64,000 nucleotides of DNA, from contig NC_086124.1 of assembly GCF_963921235.1 (NCBI RefSeq), positions 27,962,001 through 28,026,000 of the forward strand, in the 5' to 3' direction. A model generated the notes under the pieces. That model was not told the DNA's origin and searched no databases. It saw only the letters and a list, made by a program, of their open reading frames with translations. How positions within the stretch are numbered: the first letter of the stretch is position 1; every line of letters starts with the position of its first letter. Positions 24,261-36,962 of the stretch are shown here, piece after piece. Source of the DNA: Mobula hypostoma (Eukaryota). The position numbers and the translations under genes were made by a program.

Positions 24261-26441
24261 AAACGTACCCTAATTTGTAACACTAACCCCTATCACTAAC
24301 TCTTAAGCCCTCAAGCCCTGACCCTGACCTGGTCTTTAATCTTATCTCATCTCCGGTTGTCATGTTACTCCTTTCAGTCTTTTCTATCTTCTTCCCATTG
24401 GGGGGGGAAGGGAGAAAGTCCGTGGTGGGTGTCATCTCTGAGGGGCATAAATTGGGTGAATACACACAGCCCTTTTTTTCCCAGGATTGGGGAATCAAGA
24501 ACTGGAGGACAAAGTTTTAGGTGAGAGGGGAGAGATGTAATAGGAACCTGAGGGGCAATTTTTCCACACAGAAGGTGTCCATATGTGGAACCAGCTGCCA
24601 GAGTTTGGGATAGAATGGTTGAGGCAAGTACATTAACAATGTTTAAAATATGTCTGGACAGCTACATAAGGCATAAGTCATAGGAGCAGAATTAAGCCAT
24701 TCAGTCCATTGAGATTGTTCTACCATCCAGTATTAGCTCTGTTATTTTCTCAACCCTATTTTCCCGCTTCCTCCCATAACATTTGATGCCATTTCTGATC
24801 AAGAATCTATCAATTCTGCTTTAAATATACCCAATGACTAGTCCTCCACAGCCGACTTTGGCAATGAATTCCACAGATTCACCATGGTCTAGCAAAAGAA
24901 ATTTCTCCTCATCTCTGATTTAAAGCCTCTTCTTCTAAGGTTGTGACCCCTGGTGCTAGACCCCCTCACTATTGGAAACTCCCTCTCCATGCCCACTCCA
25001 TCCTGGCCTTTCAATATTTGATAGGTTTCAATGAGAAGCCCCATCCCAATCGTTCTTCTAAACTGCGGTGAGTACGTGCCTAGAGCTATCAAATGCTACA
25101 TGGATAGGAAAGGTTAACAGGGAGATGGAGCAAGCACTACAAATGGGATTAGCTTAGACGGGACCTGGGTCAACACAGGCCAGCTGGGAAGAAGGACCTG
25201 TTGTCGTACTGTATGACTCTATAATAGACTCAATCATATTCTGAAAGGGGAGGAAGGGAGAAGACCTGTTAGGTCTTCAATGAAGGTTGGGACAAGCAGT
25301 TTGGCCATTTTGAGGGAAACCAACCACTGCTGGAGTTCATACAAAACAGGCTGCTGCGCCGGCTGGAGCTGGACATCGACAGTTCCTTCATTCTAGAAAG
25401 AGGTCACCGAACTTTAGCGCTGCCGAAACCAAACCAGAACAGAGCGGTTCTCATTCGGTTCCTGAGATTTCGGGATTGGGAGTTTGTTTTCCGCTTCACT
25501 GAACAGCGTAATATCACATATGAGGGAAACAAGTTTTTCTTCACTCAGGACTTCTCTGCTGAGACCATGTGATAGCGAAATGAGTTCAACATGGTCAGAA
25601 GAATGTTCGTTGAAAAAGGAACTTTCCGCGGATTTCAACATAATCCATGCAAGTTGACGGTCCTTCACAATGGGAAAATACACCTGTTTTCATCACCAAA
25701 AGAGGCGGAAGATTTTCATAGAGGACACGCCTGAGGGGTCTGATGAAGGCAGTGGTGAGATTTGTTTACTTCCGTACCCATGAGAACCAGCTGATACTGA
25801 CTGCTTAACAGATATAAGCGGACACTGAGTTCCAGAAGACATCTTTTTATTCTTCCTTTATTTTTCTTTTAGCCTCTTTTATTCTATTCTTGAAAAAATA
25901 CTGTATTTAAGAGGTTGTTTATGCCACCAGAATTGCTTTATTATTTTGCCTATTTTTATTATTTATAATATTTTTGTTTGTCGAACCCTTTATTCTATTG
26001 AGATGGAACTCCATGGACCTGAATGAACATTTATAATAGGAAATACTGGCACACAGTTCAGTGGCTACTTTGATTTTATTTTTATGCTAAGTGGGTTGAG
26101 TATATAATGTTGAAGATATAATAAGGTGCATGGTTGATGGACACCACTAGTTGCCTATGGAGTTAGCTGCTCCTCCATAGAGTGGATCAGCACAAGCCCT
26201 ATAGTTTTTTGTTTTGAGTAAGGGAGGAGGAATTCAAGAGTTCAAATGTCTATATGTGTAAATGTATATGTGTTTTTTGTTTTTCTTTATGTATGTCATG
26301 CACCCAACACAGCAGTAATATTTTTTTCTCCTTTTCCTGGTATAATTGACATGTACTATATATGGAACAAACGAGCACTCAGAATATCTTTAATATAAAA
26401 GTCACAAGCTGGAATGTTAGGGACTAAAGAAGTTAACCAAA

Positions 26442-26712
26442 CTGACACACATCAAAGTTGCTGGTGAACGCAGCAGGCCAGGCAGCATCTCTAGGAAGAG
26501 GTACAGTCGACGTTTCGGGCTGAGACCCTTCATCAGGACGAAGGGTCTCGGCCCAAAACGTTGACTGTACCTCTTCCTAGAGTGTCCTGACGAAGGGTCT
26601 CGGCCCGAAACGTCGACTTTACCTCTTCCTAGAGATGCTGCCTGGGCTGCTGTGTTCACCAGCAACTTTGATGTGTGTTGCTTGAGTTTCCAGCATCTGC
26701 AGAATTCCTCGT
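26442..26712. mobile_element. Palindromic Penelope-derived insertion carrying minimal hammerhead-ribozyme motifs
   Basis: Inverted arms (acacatcaaagttgctggtgaac / gttcaccagcaactttgatgtgt). 10-bp direct repeat gttaaccaaa at 26432-26441 and 26713-26722 splits the L1 ORF2 start. CTGANGA...GAAACGTC cores on both strands. Confidence 0.75.
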
Positions 26713-28449
26713 GTTAACCAAATTGAAACAGGTTATAAATAGGATTAAACAGCTTAAGTCCAAAATAATTTTTCTTCAAGAAACCCATCTGACAGTCTCA
26801 GATATTAAATTGGTACGGAATAGATGGCCTGGCCAAATAATATATGCAACATACAACAACTATGCTAGAGGAGTACTTATTCTTATTCATAGAATGATAC
26901 TATTTCAAATTATGAAAACAATCCAAGACTTAGCCAGACCGTATGTTATTAAGCAAGGTAATATCCTTTCTTTCACATTAAACCTAGTCAGTATATATGG
27001 CCCAAATGAGGATAATCCTAAATTTTTTGAAGATTTTTTCCTTACTGTGTCCACTTTACGAGGCTTTTATATCATTGGAGGAGACTTTAATTGTACTTTA
27101 AACCCAGCAATGGCACAAACTAGAAAATTACTAAAACAATACTTTATGGATATAAATTTGGTTGAAGTATGGAGAGAACAAAACCCTAGCAAAATAGACT
27201 ATCTTGGCATTCAAGTACATGTAAATCTCGTTCTCGTATTGATTATTTTCTTGTTTCAAGAGAGCTCTTATCAAAGATTAAAAGTTGCTAGTATGATAGC
27301 ATAGCAGTAAGCGACCATGCTGCGATTTCATTAAGTATTCATATAGAGAAATTTATTCACAGTCCCCCTAACTGGTGATTTCAGGTGAGATGGCTACAAA
27401 ACCCAGACTTTGTTAAATTTGCAGGAACTAAAATAGATAGTTATTTGAGTTAAATACAGATCAAACTAGTGCCAGCACAAGATAGGAGGTGTTCAAGGCA
27501 TCTTTTAGAGGAGAAATCATTAGTTATACAAGCTCCAAGGCCAAACAACAAAAAATAGAGATGGAAACTTTGGAAAAACAAATTAAATCTTTAGAGATAG
27601 AACTAAATGAAAGCGATGATCCAACAAAACAAAGAGATCTGTTACTTTTGAGAGCCAAATATAATAAATTATTTGCTGATAAAGCTGCAAAAAGTTTAAT
27701 GTGGCTGAAGCAATCTTATTATGATCAAGGAGGAAAAAGCTGGGAAACTTTTGTCATGGAGAATTAAAAAAATACCATCTGATGGAGCAATTAACAGTAT
27801 AATCTCTTCAGGAAGCCTAACAGTAGACCCATTGGAAATTAATAACAGTTTTTGAGAATGTTATGAATATTTATATAGATCAGAATGCCCCCAAGCCTCA
27901 GAAGAACAGGATATCTTTCTTGATCAGTTTCAATTCCAGACACTGACAGAAGATGCAAAAAAGGAGTTAGACAGACGTATAACAATTGAAGAGATATCAC
28001 AGGTTATCCAAAATATTAACTGTGGTAAAGCGCCAGGGCATGACAGCCTACGAATTGAATTCTACAAAACATTTCAAGAAAAATTACTAGTCCCAGTCTT
28101 AAATATGTATGATGAATCTTATTGGAATGGAACTCTTCCACCCTCTTTAAGGCTGGCAATGATAACGCTGATCTTGAAACCAGGCAAACCACCTGCAGAA
28201 TGTTCCTCATTTCGACCGATAAGTCTAATTGGATCGGACACAAAAATACTTTGTAAAGCCTTAGCAAGAAGATTAGATCCTTATACCCCACATCTAGTTC
28301 ATAATGATCAGAATGGTTTTTTTACAAAAACGGTAAGGAATCCATAATATTAGAAGAGTTCTTAACATAATTCATGAAAAATTTGACGCTAAAGATAAAG
28401 CAGTATTATCACTGGATGCTCGGCAGGCCTTCGATAGAATAGAATGGGA

Positions 28450-29112
28450 GGAAAAAATGGCAGTGCGACGCAGCGCGCGCGGCCTCTCCGGTGAAATGAT
28501 ATAATATTTGTTAAATAGGGGGGTGTGCACAATTCTGATTTGATGGAGACAGACGTGAGAAGCACTGAGGAACAACTGGAGAAATTTCTGAAATGCCCAG
28601 TTCGCTGGCGCTGCTACTGTGCGATCAAGAATCTCCGGAGGCTAGGCCCTAAATCCTCGGCTTTGCCTGTTGCTGGCGGCTGGGGCTGGGGTCGAAGCGC
28701 TTGGCAGAGGTGGTGCTTGGTGCTTGGTGTTGGAGGGCTGGTCGGAGGCTTGAAGTTTTCGGACGACTCAGAGTCGGACTGTGGTCGGGTGCTTCCAGGA
28801 TGCTGCATTGGCAAGTTTGTGGTGCTGAAAGCATGGCAGGGAGAGCTTTCTTCCTTCTCCCGTCTGTGTGAGATCGTGGGACTTTCGAGAGACTTTGAAC
28901 TTTTTTTTACTGTGCCCATGGCCTGTTCTTCATCGAGTTATGGTATTGCTTGCACTGTTGTAACTATATGTTATAATTATGTAGTTTTTGTCAGTTTTTC
29001 AGTCTTGGTTTGTCTTGTGTTTCTGTGATATCACACCGGAGGAACATTGTATCATTTCTTAATGCATGCATTACTAAATGACAATAAAAGAGGACTGCGT
29101 GTCCTCACAATC
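28450..29112 (+). mobile_element. Non-autonomous retroposon (SINE-like, LINE-type 3' tail) inserted in L1 ORF2
   Basis: Interrupts the L1 reading AFDRIEW.../...LFNVLPRF. GC-rich head, AATAAA and short repeat tail. Confidence 0.6.
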
Positions 29113-30839
29113 TAATTTATTTAATGTATTGCCTAGATTTCGATTTGGAAAGAACTTCCTGAAAAGGATTCAGATGTTGTATACAAATCCGATAGCCAGT
29201 GTCTTAACAAATGGTATAGTTTCCAAACCAGTCATCTTGGAGCAATTTATTCGCCAGGGATGTCTTTTGTCACCGATGTTGTTTATACTGGCCATAGAAC
29301 CCTAGGCTATGGCAATAAGAATGCAGGCAGGCCTGTTGAGCATCCAGCTAGGAGAACAAGAACATAAAATATCCTTAAATGCTGATGATGTGATTCTTTT
29401 TTTTTAAACGAATTTATCCGTCTGTATTCCAAACTTAATGCAACAGATTGAATTGTTTGGGCAGTTCTCTGGTTATAACATTAACAACTCAAAATCATCA
29501 ATACTATTTTTGAACAAAGAAGAAAGATTGAAACCAGTCATAAAAACCCCATTTATAAATGAAAAGGAAGGACTTACCTGCCCTTGTGTCAAAATTACCT
29601 CTGAAATTAAAACGATCGTCCTAACAAACTATAATCCACTAGTGGGCGAAGTGAAGGAGACGTTGGATCGATGGATAACAATGCCCATATCAATGATTGG
29701 CCGTATAAACATGATCAAAATGAATATATTACCAAAATTTTTATACCTTTTTCAATCACTTCCTCTCCCACTACCAAAATCAGTTTTTGATAAGCTTAAT
29801 AGTATTTTTGGTAAATTCATTTGGAATAATAAAAAATCTAGACTGAGACTTAGGATGCTATACCCGCCTTATGACAGGGGAAGGCTATGGCTCCCGAACC
29901 TGAAATGGTATTATTGGTCTGCTCAGTTACGTTCTGCATTGTTTTATTTCTCATTGGAGGCCCTTCCAGCCTGGATGAATATTGAACAGGCATCAGTACC
30001 AAACCTCCCATTAAAGCTCTATCTATACTCTGCAGACCCAAGAAATCTGAAAAGAACAGCCGAGAACCCTTGCCTCAAAAATACTATTGACATCTGGTAT
30101 AAAGCACATCAGCATATTAAAGATATTCCTCCCATTTCTCGCTTCTCCCCAATATGGGGAAATACTTAACAGGGCAGGAAGAGCAGATGGTGGTTTCAGA
30201 ATCTGGGCAGACAAATGTGTGCAGTAAATAGAGGACCTTTATATGAATGGTAATCTTATTAAATTTGATCAATTGTGTCAGGCATACCATATTCCTAAAA
30301 AACACTTTTTAAAATATTTGCAACTGAAACATTTCATACTATCAAAATATAAGCATTTAATATCTGAGCCACCACTATCACATCTTGAAAATTTCATACT
30401 TTTAAACCTAAAGGTCAGATTTCTTTACTCTATACAGCTTTGATGTCATATGATAAGGAGTCCACCATAGACAGGCTAGGGGCATGGAGACTGGATGTTC
30501 AAGAGGACATACAAAAAACTGAGTGGGAAATGGCATGCTTAAAAGCCCAAAAACAATCAATTAACACGAGAATGAAGCTATTACAATACAAATGGTTAAT
30601 GAGAACTTACATTACCCTGGTCAGACTGAATCGTTGGTCCCCTGACATCCTGGATGCTTGTGTTAAATGTTTAGAAGAAAACGGTACTCTGTTTCACTGT
30701 GTATGGGACTGTCCAAAATTTAAAAAATATTGGAAAACAGTTGTTTAGACTATACCTGAGATTGTTGGAATAAAGATGCCTCACTAAGCAAAAATGTATG
30801 TACTAGGTGTATATATCCAAAGAACTTTACTGTTAGTTC

Positions 30840-31620
30840 AAAACATCATTGATGACGGCAGAAAGGAAACCACAATCCTTAAAGAAAGAGAACATTTGAG
30901 ATGTCCTGGAATGGAAAGCCTCATCCTGGGAGCAGATGCGGCGGAGACGGAGGAACTGGGAACAGGGAATGGCATTTTTGCATGTGGCGGGGTAGAATGG
31001 AAAGCCTCGTCCTGGGAGCAGATGCGGCGGAGACGGAGGAACTGGAAATAGGGATGGCATTTTTGCATGTGGCGACCCTCACCCCAGCTTACTGTGGATG
31101 TGTCCATACATGGCCTCCTCTACTGCCATGATGAGGCTAAACTCAGGTTGGAGGAGCAACACCTCATATACCGTCTGGGTAGTCTCCAGCCCCTTGGTAT
31201 GAGCATCAAATTCTCCAACTTCCGGTAATCCGGTAATTCCCTCCCCCCTCCCTTCCCCATCATGATTTCACTTAACCCCCTCCCCCACCTGCCTATCACC
31301 TCCCTCATGGTTCTGCCTCCTTCTACTACCCATTGTGTTTTCCCCTATTCCTTCTTCACCTTTCCTGCTTATCACCTCTCTGCTTCCCCTCCCCCACCCC
31401 TGTATCTTTCCCCTTACTGGTTTTTCACCTGGAACCTACCAGCCTTCTCCTTCCCACCCTCCCCGCACCTTCTTTATCGGGCCTCTGCCCCTTCCCTCTT
31501 CAGTGCTGATGAAGGGTTCCGGTCTGAAACGTTGACTGATCTTTTCCATGGATGCTGCCCGACCTCCTGAGTTCCTCCAGCGTGTTGCTTTGACCCCAGC
31601 ATCTGCAGAGTATTTAGTAT
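30840..31620. mobile_element. Penelope-like element remnant (inverted RT C-terminal piece plus plus-strand GIY-YIG end and pseudo-LTR)
   Basis: Minus strand NAIPCSQFLRLRRICSQDEAFH, present twice as an 86-bp tandem (30909-30988, 30995-31074). Plus strand LRLEEQHLIYRLGSLQPLGM. Tail ctgatgaagggttccggtctgaaacgttgactg. Confidence 0.85.
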
Positions 31621-31629
31621 TTGTAATTA

Positions 31630-34319
31630 GTCTCAAGCTGTCAATAATGGCAAGAAGTGTTCAGCTTTTAAACTTCTGAGAAGACGTTTGAGATTCAAAA
31701 AGTGGATCAAGAGTACTGGAACCACTGAAATCATCATACGTGCGATTTTGCTTGTGTTTTCTTCGAGTTTGCTGTTGATAATCTTCACACTCAGATCCAT
31801 GGCTTTTTGCTCAATGTCTGAAAATGTGGACCAAATAATTTGAATATATCCATGCAAGGATTCATAGAGTGCACATGCTGTGTTCAAGTCTTGGCCAGAA
31901 GATTGCAAAGAAGCACTGGTCATTTGAAAACGCTGTCATACTTGATCCCACAATATGACCATTATTTCTGTTTCAAAATTCATCATGGTTGAAAGTAGTC
32001 CATGAGCCTGTTGTCGACACTTTGCCTTCTGATCATTGTTATTTGAAATGTCATCCAAGACTTGTTTTATTGCAGAAAAGCTATGTAAAACTGCTTTTGT
32101 TGCAACTGCACGAGCTGACTACCTGGTATCTGACATTCTTTTCACAATGGGGAAGTGAGCACCACCATCAGATAATGCAGCAGAAAGGAGATCCCACTGA
32201 TAAGTAAAAGCAGAAAAAATGTGTACAGGCTTTCTACAAATTGAAAGAAAATTAATGCTTCTCGACAACATTCAGCAGCACATTTTCCAACCAAATTTAG
32301 TGAATATGCAAAACACGGAATGTAATCCGCAAACTCATTCAGCTCTTTAATTCTGCCACTATACTTGCCACTCATGTCACTGGCATTGTCATAAGTTTGA
32401 CTATGGCAGTCTTTAATATCAATGTCATTTTCCTTTAAAAAGTCATGTAAACTTTGAGTGAGCTGTTCAGCACTATGACCTTCCATATCCAAAAACTTCA
32501 CAAATCTTTCAACCGGTCCAGGTGGCAAAACGTAACGCACAGTCAAAGTCAGCTGGTCCACATTCGATATATCTGGAGTAGAATCCAATGGAACCGAATA
32601 ATACTTGTATTTCTTCACTTCACCGATAATGTGATCCAGAATACTGAATCCAATCAGACTGATGAATTCCTCACATGATCTTTTAGAAAGGTATGATTTA
32701 TGTCCCCTTACTTGGTTTGCATGAGCATTTATATGCTCTGCCAGAAAAGGGTCAAAGTTGGCCAGTAATTCTAACAACCCCAAGTAATTTCCATTATGAG
32801 GAGAGCCAATGAAATGAAAAGCCGCATTCTTCTAAAAACTTTACAACTTCAATTATTCACTCCAGAAGTGTGCGCCAATACTTTTGTTCAGTCTCCATGT
32901 CTTTCACAAGTTGGAAATCGACACGCTTGGCTTTGTTTTTGTGCATCAACAGTGAAATTAAGGCTTGTCTATGTGAGGAATTTTCTTCATGTCGATGTAA
33001 TAAATTGCTTGCATTTTTCCAGTCATTAAACCCCTCTTCACTAAACTTTGATGAACATCCTGAAGTCATAACCTTGCATGGGAAACAGAATAGGCTTCCT
33101 TTGCTTTCTGAATAGCATAACCAATTTCTTGCATGTTGCTTGTTTGTAGGTTTATGAACATTTGTAAAATAAGACTTCTGACAGTGCTGAGGTTTCTTTT
33201 CATTGTCATACAACCGCATGGATGAAGAGAAGCCACTCTCAGCATGTTGACATTCATCACTTCCCTTGGCTATCCAATATTCACGATCACAATAATCTAG
33301 ATTATATGGCCATTCATCAATATCATTAGAGCACTTGGTCTTTTCACTTGTTCTTTCACATTCAATGGACGCTGGCTGTTGCTGTATCATGCCTTCTGTG
33401 GCGCTAGTACTAGTTGTTCCTATATTTCCAGCTTCAGCCATTATAGCACCATCACCATCTCCATGAACACCAAAATATTCTGTCAATTTAGGTGTTTTTG
33501 ATATCATAAGTTGGTCTCTTCTTTCTTCTTTCGCTGTACGTTTAGCACTTCCAGAAGCATGATGACGTCCAGTATCTCTGGCTCTATTGCTCATTGCTAT
33601 CTATATGAAAACAACAGCGTTAAAAGATCATCGTTGTTGTGGCGTGGATGAAATCACAGAGCGTTGTGCTCCCGGTAGGTACAAGGCAGTTTCTTTATTC
33701 GACAAAACAAGGTTACAGCAGGCAGAGACCCCTGGCAGAACATGTCTAACCACCTTGTGATTGAGGCTCGATATTTATTTGCTGAACACAAAGGACAGTT
33801 CATAGTTACAAGTATAGACAATTCTTTGAAGTTTTCACATCTTATGATTAAATTCATTCTACCAGCACCAGTATGCCTAAGCTGGCATTCACAGCCTTTT
33901 GGAATGCAAGTTAAAATCCATAATACATTATTTGGTATGTTACGTGCTAACATAGAGGACAAATCATATTCAAAAAAGCATAGATATGGTGTCTTCGCAA
34001 CTACACGTAAACTTAGCATTCTTGTGCCAGAGATGCATTGTTACAAATGACACTGGGTTCACAGCTGTTAGGAAATGCATTGTTATGAACTCAATCGACA
34101 GTACTTTGTCAAAGAACAGAAGGCTGATGGCTGAAGTCATTTATTTAAGTGTAAATTAATTGTTTACTGAAAAATCACTCTAACAGTTGTGAGAATATGG
34201 TGAGTTCGGATGCCAATTTCACCAGACTGCAGCTTGGAAGCATTTAGTGCGGGCGATGCCCTCGTAAATGTGGGGCCCATAGCATATGCTACTTTTGCTA
34301 CTAGGATAATCTGGCCCTG
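31630..34319 (-). pseudogene. hAT transposase pseudogene (TTF zinc finger/DUF4371 type) within a hAT element whose 5' end is at 34319
   Basis: Broken ORFs 32857-33594, 32142-32783 and 31633-31923 with RNWLCYSESKGSLFCFPCK, FSEEGFNDWKNA, YYSVPLDSTPDISNVDQL and QTYDNASDMSG. Terminus cagggccagattatcc. Confidence 0.85.
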
Positions 34320-34569
34320 TGTGCTCTCTGTCTTTGGAAACTCTCCTGAACAAATTTGACGAGCTCTATCCCATCTCATCCTTTTACAGTATGGGAGTCC
34401 CAGTGAATATGTGCCAAGTTAAAACCATCTACCTTATGTTTCTTGCAATAGCCTGTGATCTCTCTACAGATTTATTCCCCTGCATCCCTCGGACTGTTGG
34501 GTGGTCTGTAATATAGTCCCATTATTGTGTTCATACCTTTCTTATTTCTCAGTTCCACCCACAACACCT

Positions 34570-34892
34570 CACTAGATGAGTTCTCCAGTGAAGCCAATCC
34601 CGAGACCAGTGAGCCGGCACCCGCCAGAGACTGCGCGTGCGCTCGTCATCCGGCCGCCCGCCGCTGATTGGCTGCCGCGGCTTCCCTCCAGAGACACCCC
34701 CCTGCCCTCTCTCAGGCGTGCGACTCCGCCAGTGGTCGGGCCACTCCCTCACTCTCTTCGGCGTTGTCGCAAAAGGAGGAGTGAAGCTGGGGCTGGTACT
34801 GGGACTAGGGCGGTACGGTGGGCGGGGAAAATGGCGGGGGCGTCACCTCCTCTTGCCTCCCGCCGCTGTTTGCATTTGGGACCGTCGAAACC
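34570..34892 (+). promoter_or_regulatory. CpG-island promoter of WA with CRE half-site (34644-34650) and Y/CCAAT box (34664-34671)
   Basis: GC/CpG-rich, motifs identical to copy 1, about 220 bp upstream of the ATG at 34893. Confidence 0.7.
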
Positions 34893-34968
34893 ATGGGTCG
34901 ATATCGCGCCGCCTGGGCGCTCCTCCTGCTCCTTGTCGCTCGTTCGGGGACTCACAGCTCGGCGGCCG
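34893..34968 (+). CDS. WA: MHC W-category alpha chain, exon 1 (leader) MGRYRAAWALLLLLVARSGTHSSAA-
   Basis: Kozak ATG, signal-peptide profile, phase-1 donor G|GTGAGT. It is the only leader-like exon found upstream of the alpha1 exon, and it joins in frame. Confidence 0.8.
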
Positions 34969-35144
34969 GTGAGTCGATTCCTGTTGTGGGGATCACCGCT
35001 GTTGCTGCAGATTGTGGAATCTTGCAGAGTTCGCATTGCTGGGGTCATCAACTGGGTCGGAGGTGGGGTGTTAGGGGTTGGATCTTGCTGGCCCCGTACT
35101 ATTTTGGGTCTTGTTGTTTAAGGGTTAAACTTCCTGGTTAGACC

Positions 35145-36122
35145 TGCCACGTACCCCGTGACGGGAATAAAGAACCAGCAGAAATAGAAAACACTTTGGA
35201 GTCCAGTATTACTATTAACTAATAATATTTATTAGTAACTACGCAATACAGTAATATAAATGTAGATAAATCAAACAGGTTAGCAATGATTATTTATGTA
35301 AGTAAGTATATCAGTAAGTGTGGAAATATAAGTGAAAAACCAAGCTTCAAGTCTAGGGGTAAAAAGATACTGTCTTACGATGATGAGTAAAGTTCAGTTC
35401 AGATCATGGTGTTCAGTTGAGTAGTGATGGAGAGAGAGAGAGGGAGAGAATTGGGTCTTCAGGTGAGCTGACACCGTTGATCTCCTCGTTGTCCTCCAAA
35501 ATCCTTTAAAGTCACAGACTGTGACTTCAACAAAGGGGACCAGTTTTCTGTGGTGGAGCTATCACCCAGGCAAGGGTGGACACATGGACAACTCCCCACC
35601 AGTCACTGCCTTTTTTTTTCACTGCAAGAGTCACTGATCGATCTGCCTGATCGATCCTCCAAAAACCCACTTTTTCTATGGGCACAACAAAGCTCATTCA
35701 GTGTCCACAACACATGTCTGAGGTCTATATCATCTGACCTTCTATTTATCTCACTGTACTGAGTATCAACTGTCATTCAAATAACTCCTCCTTCCTTTCT
35801 CTGTGTAAGAAATGCAAGCAGGCAAATGTCCTTGAGAAGTATCAACACGCTGCCGAAAAATCATAACATTGATTGTCCATCAAATAAGGCTGCCTTCAGT
35901 CACCATAGCAACTTATGAGCTGCTCGGTGCCGTCTCCAACTCAGCAGAAATCCAAAAGTTAGCCAGTTCTTTCTCGTGCCTTAAAATGACAGTCCAACAG
36001 TTAGTCTTCGTCTCTCTCTCTTTCTTTTTCTCTCTCTTTTCAAAACAACATGTCGGTGTTAAATAACTCTCTCTCTCTTTTGAAAAGCACAGTTTATAGG
36101 GGTCGTTCAGGACCCCATCACA
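35145..36122. mobile_element. Solo LTR, ortholog of 1155-2127
   Basis: TG...CA ends, TSD gacc at 35141-35144 and 36123-36126. Confidence 0.8.
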
Positions 36123-36218
36123 GACCACACTTGGAGTATTGTGTTCAGTTCTGGTTGCCTTATTACAGAGCCACGTTTAATATCAGGATATTTAAAATGG
36201 GATGTGGAAGCTTTAGAG

Positions 36219-36962
36219 CAGCGGTCCCCAACCACTGAGCCGCAGATCATGTGCTACCGGGCTGTGAGGAAACAATATGAGTCAACTGCACCTTTCCTCA
36301 TTCCCTGTCACGCACTGTTGAACTTGAACATAGGGTTGCCAACTGTTCCGTATTTGCTGGGACATCCTGTATATTGGGCTAAATTGGTTTGTCCCATACG
36401 GGACCGCCTTGTCCTGTATTTCCCCTGCTAAGGTAGAGCATTCTTATGAAACCTTTCATGCCAAAATGGTTTGAAGCGAAGAAGCAATTACCATTAATTT
36501 ATATGGGAAAACTTTTTGAGCGTACCCAGATCCAAAAAATAACCTACCAAATCATACCAAATAACACATAAAACCGAAAATAACACTAACATATAGTAAA
36601 AGCAGGAATGATATAAATACACAGCCTATATAAAGTAGAAGTAATTTATGTACAGTATAGTCGGGAAGATGAAGGCAAAACCGATTTGTCGAAAAAAATC
36701 GACACTTACGTGCATGCGCACACAGGTTCCCGCGCAAGGCTTCATGGTCATGGTAGTCTTCCTTGGGGTAATGTGTCCTGGGATTTGACTGCTACTTTCG
36801 TCCCTTATTTGGGAGTGAGAAAGTTGGCAACCCTAACTGTAACAGACATGTTGAGGTGAGTTTAACCCTACCTGAACCCCCCCCCCCCCCCGGTTGGCCG
36901 ATCCACAAGAATATTGTCAATATTAAACCAGTCTGCGGTGCAAAAAAGGTTGGGAACCCCTG
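36219..36962. mobile_element. hAT MITE with a second nested hAT MITE (tagggttgccaac termini, about 36332-36838)
   Basis: Termini cagcggtccccaacc / ggttgggaacccctg, perfect 8-bp TSD ctttagag (36211-18, 36963-70). Empty site at 2216-2223 in copy 1. Confidence 0.88.

Larger units (their letters stand above)
25250..30830 (+). mobile_element. Near full-length decayed L1-clade LINE (ORF1 C-terminus plus ORF2) with two nested insertions
   Basis: ORF1: ERGHRTL...RAVLIRFLRF. ORF2 APE: KVTSWNVR, IIFLQETHL, IIGGDFN. RT: RQGCLLSPMLF. C-terminal CVKC...TLFHCVWDC knuckle. Many stops. Confidence 0.9.

Noticed and set aside
24280-24330. Telomere-like taaccc/tgaccc hexamers
   Set aside because: Too short and degenerate to call an interstitial telomeric repeat.
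26442-26712. CRISPR-like or terminator-like repeats
   Set aside because: Eukaryotic context and no spacer array; explained by Penelope-derived inverted repeats.
33742-34050. 102-aa plus-strand ORF
   Set aside because: It lies inside the hAT element's 5' region, is not conserved as an ORF in the paralogous copy, and has no recognisable motif.
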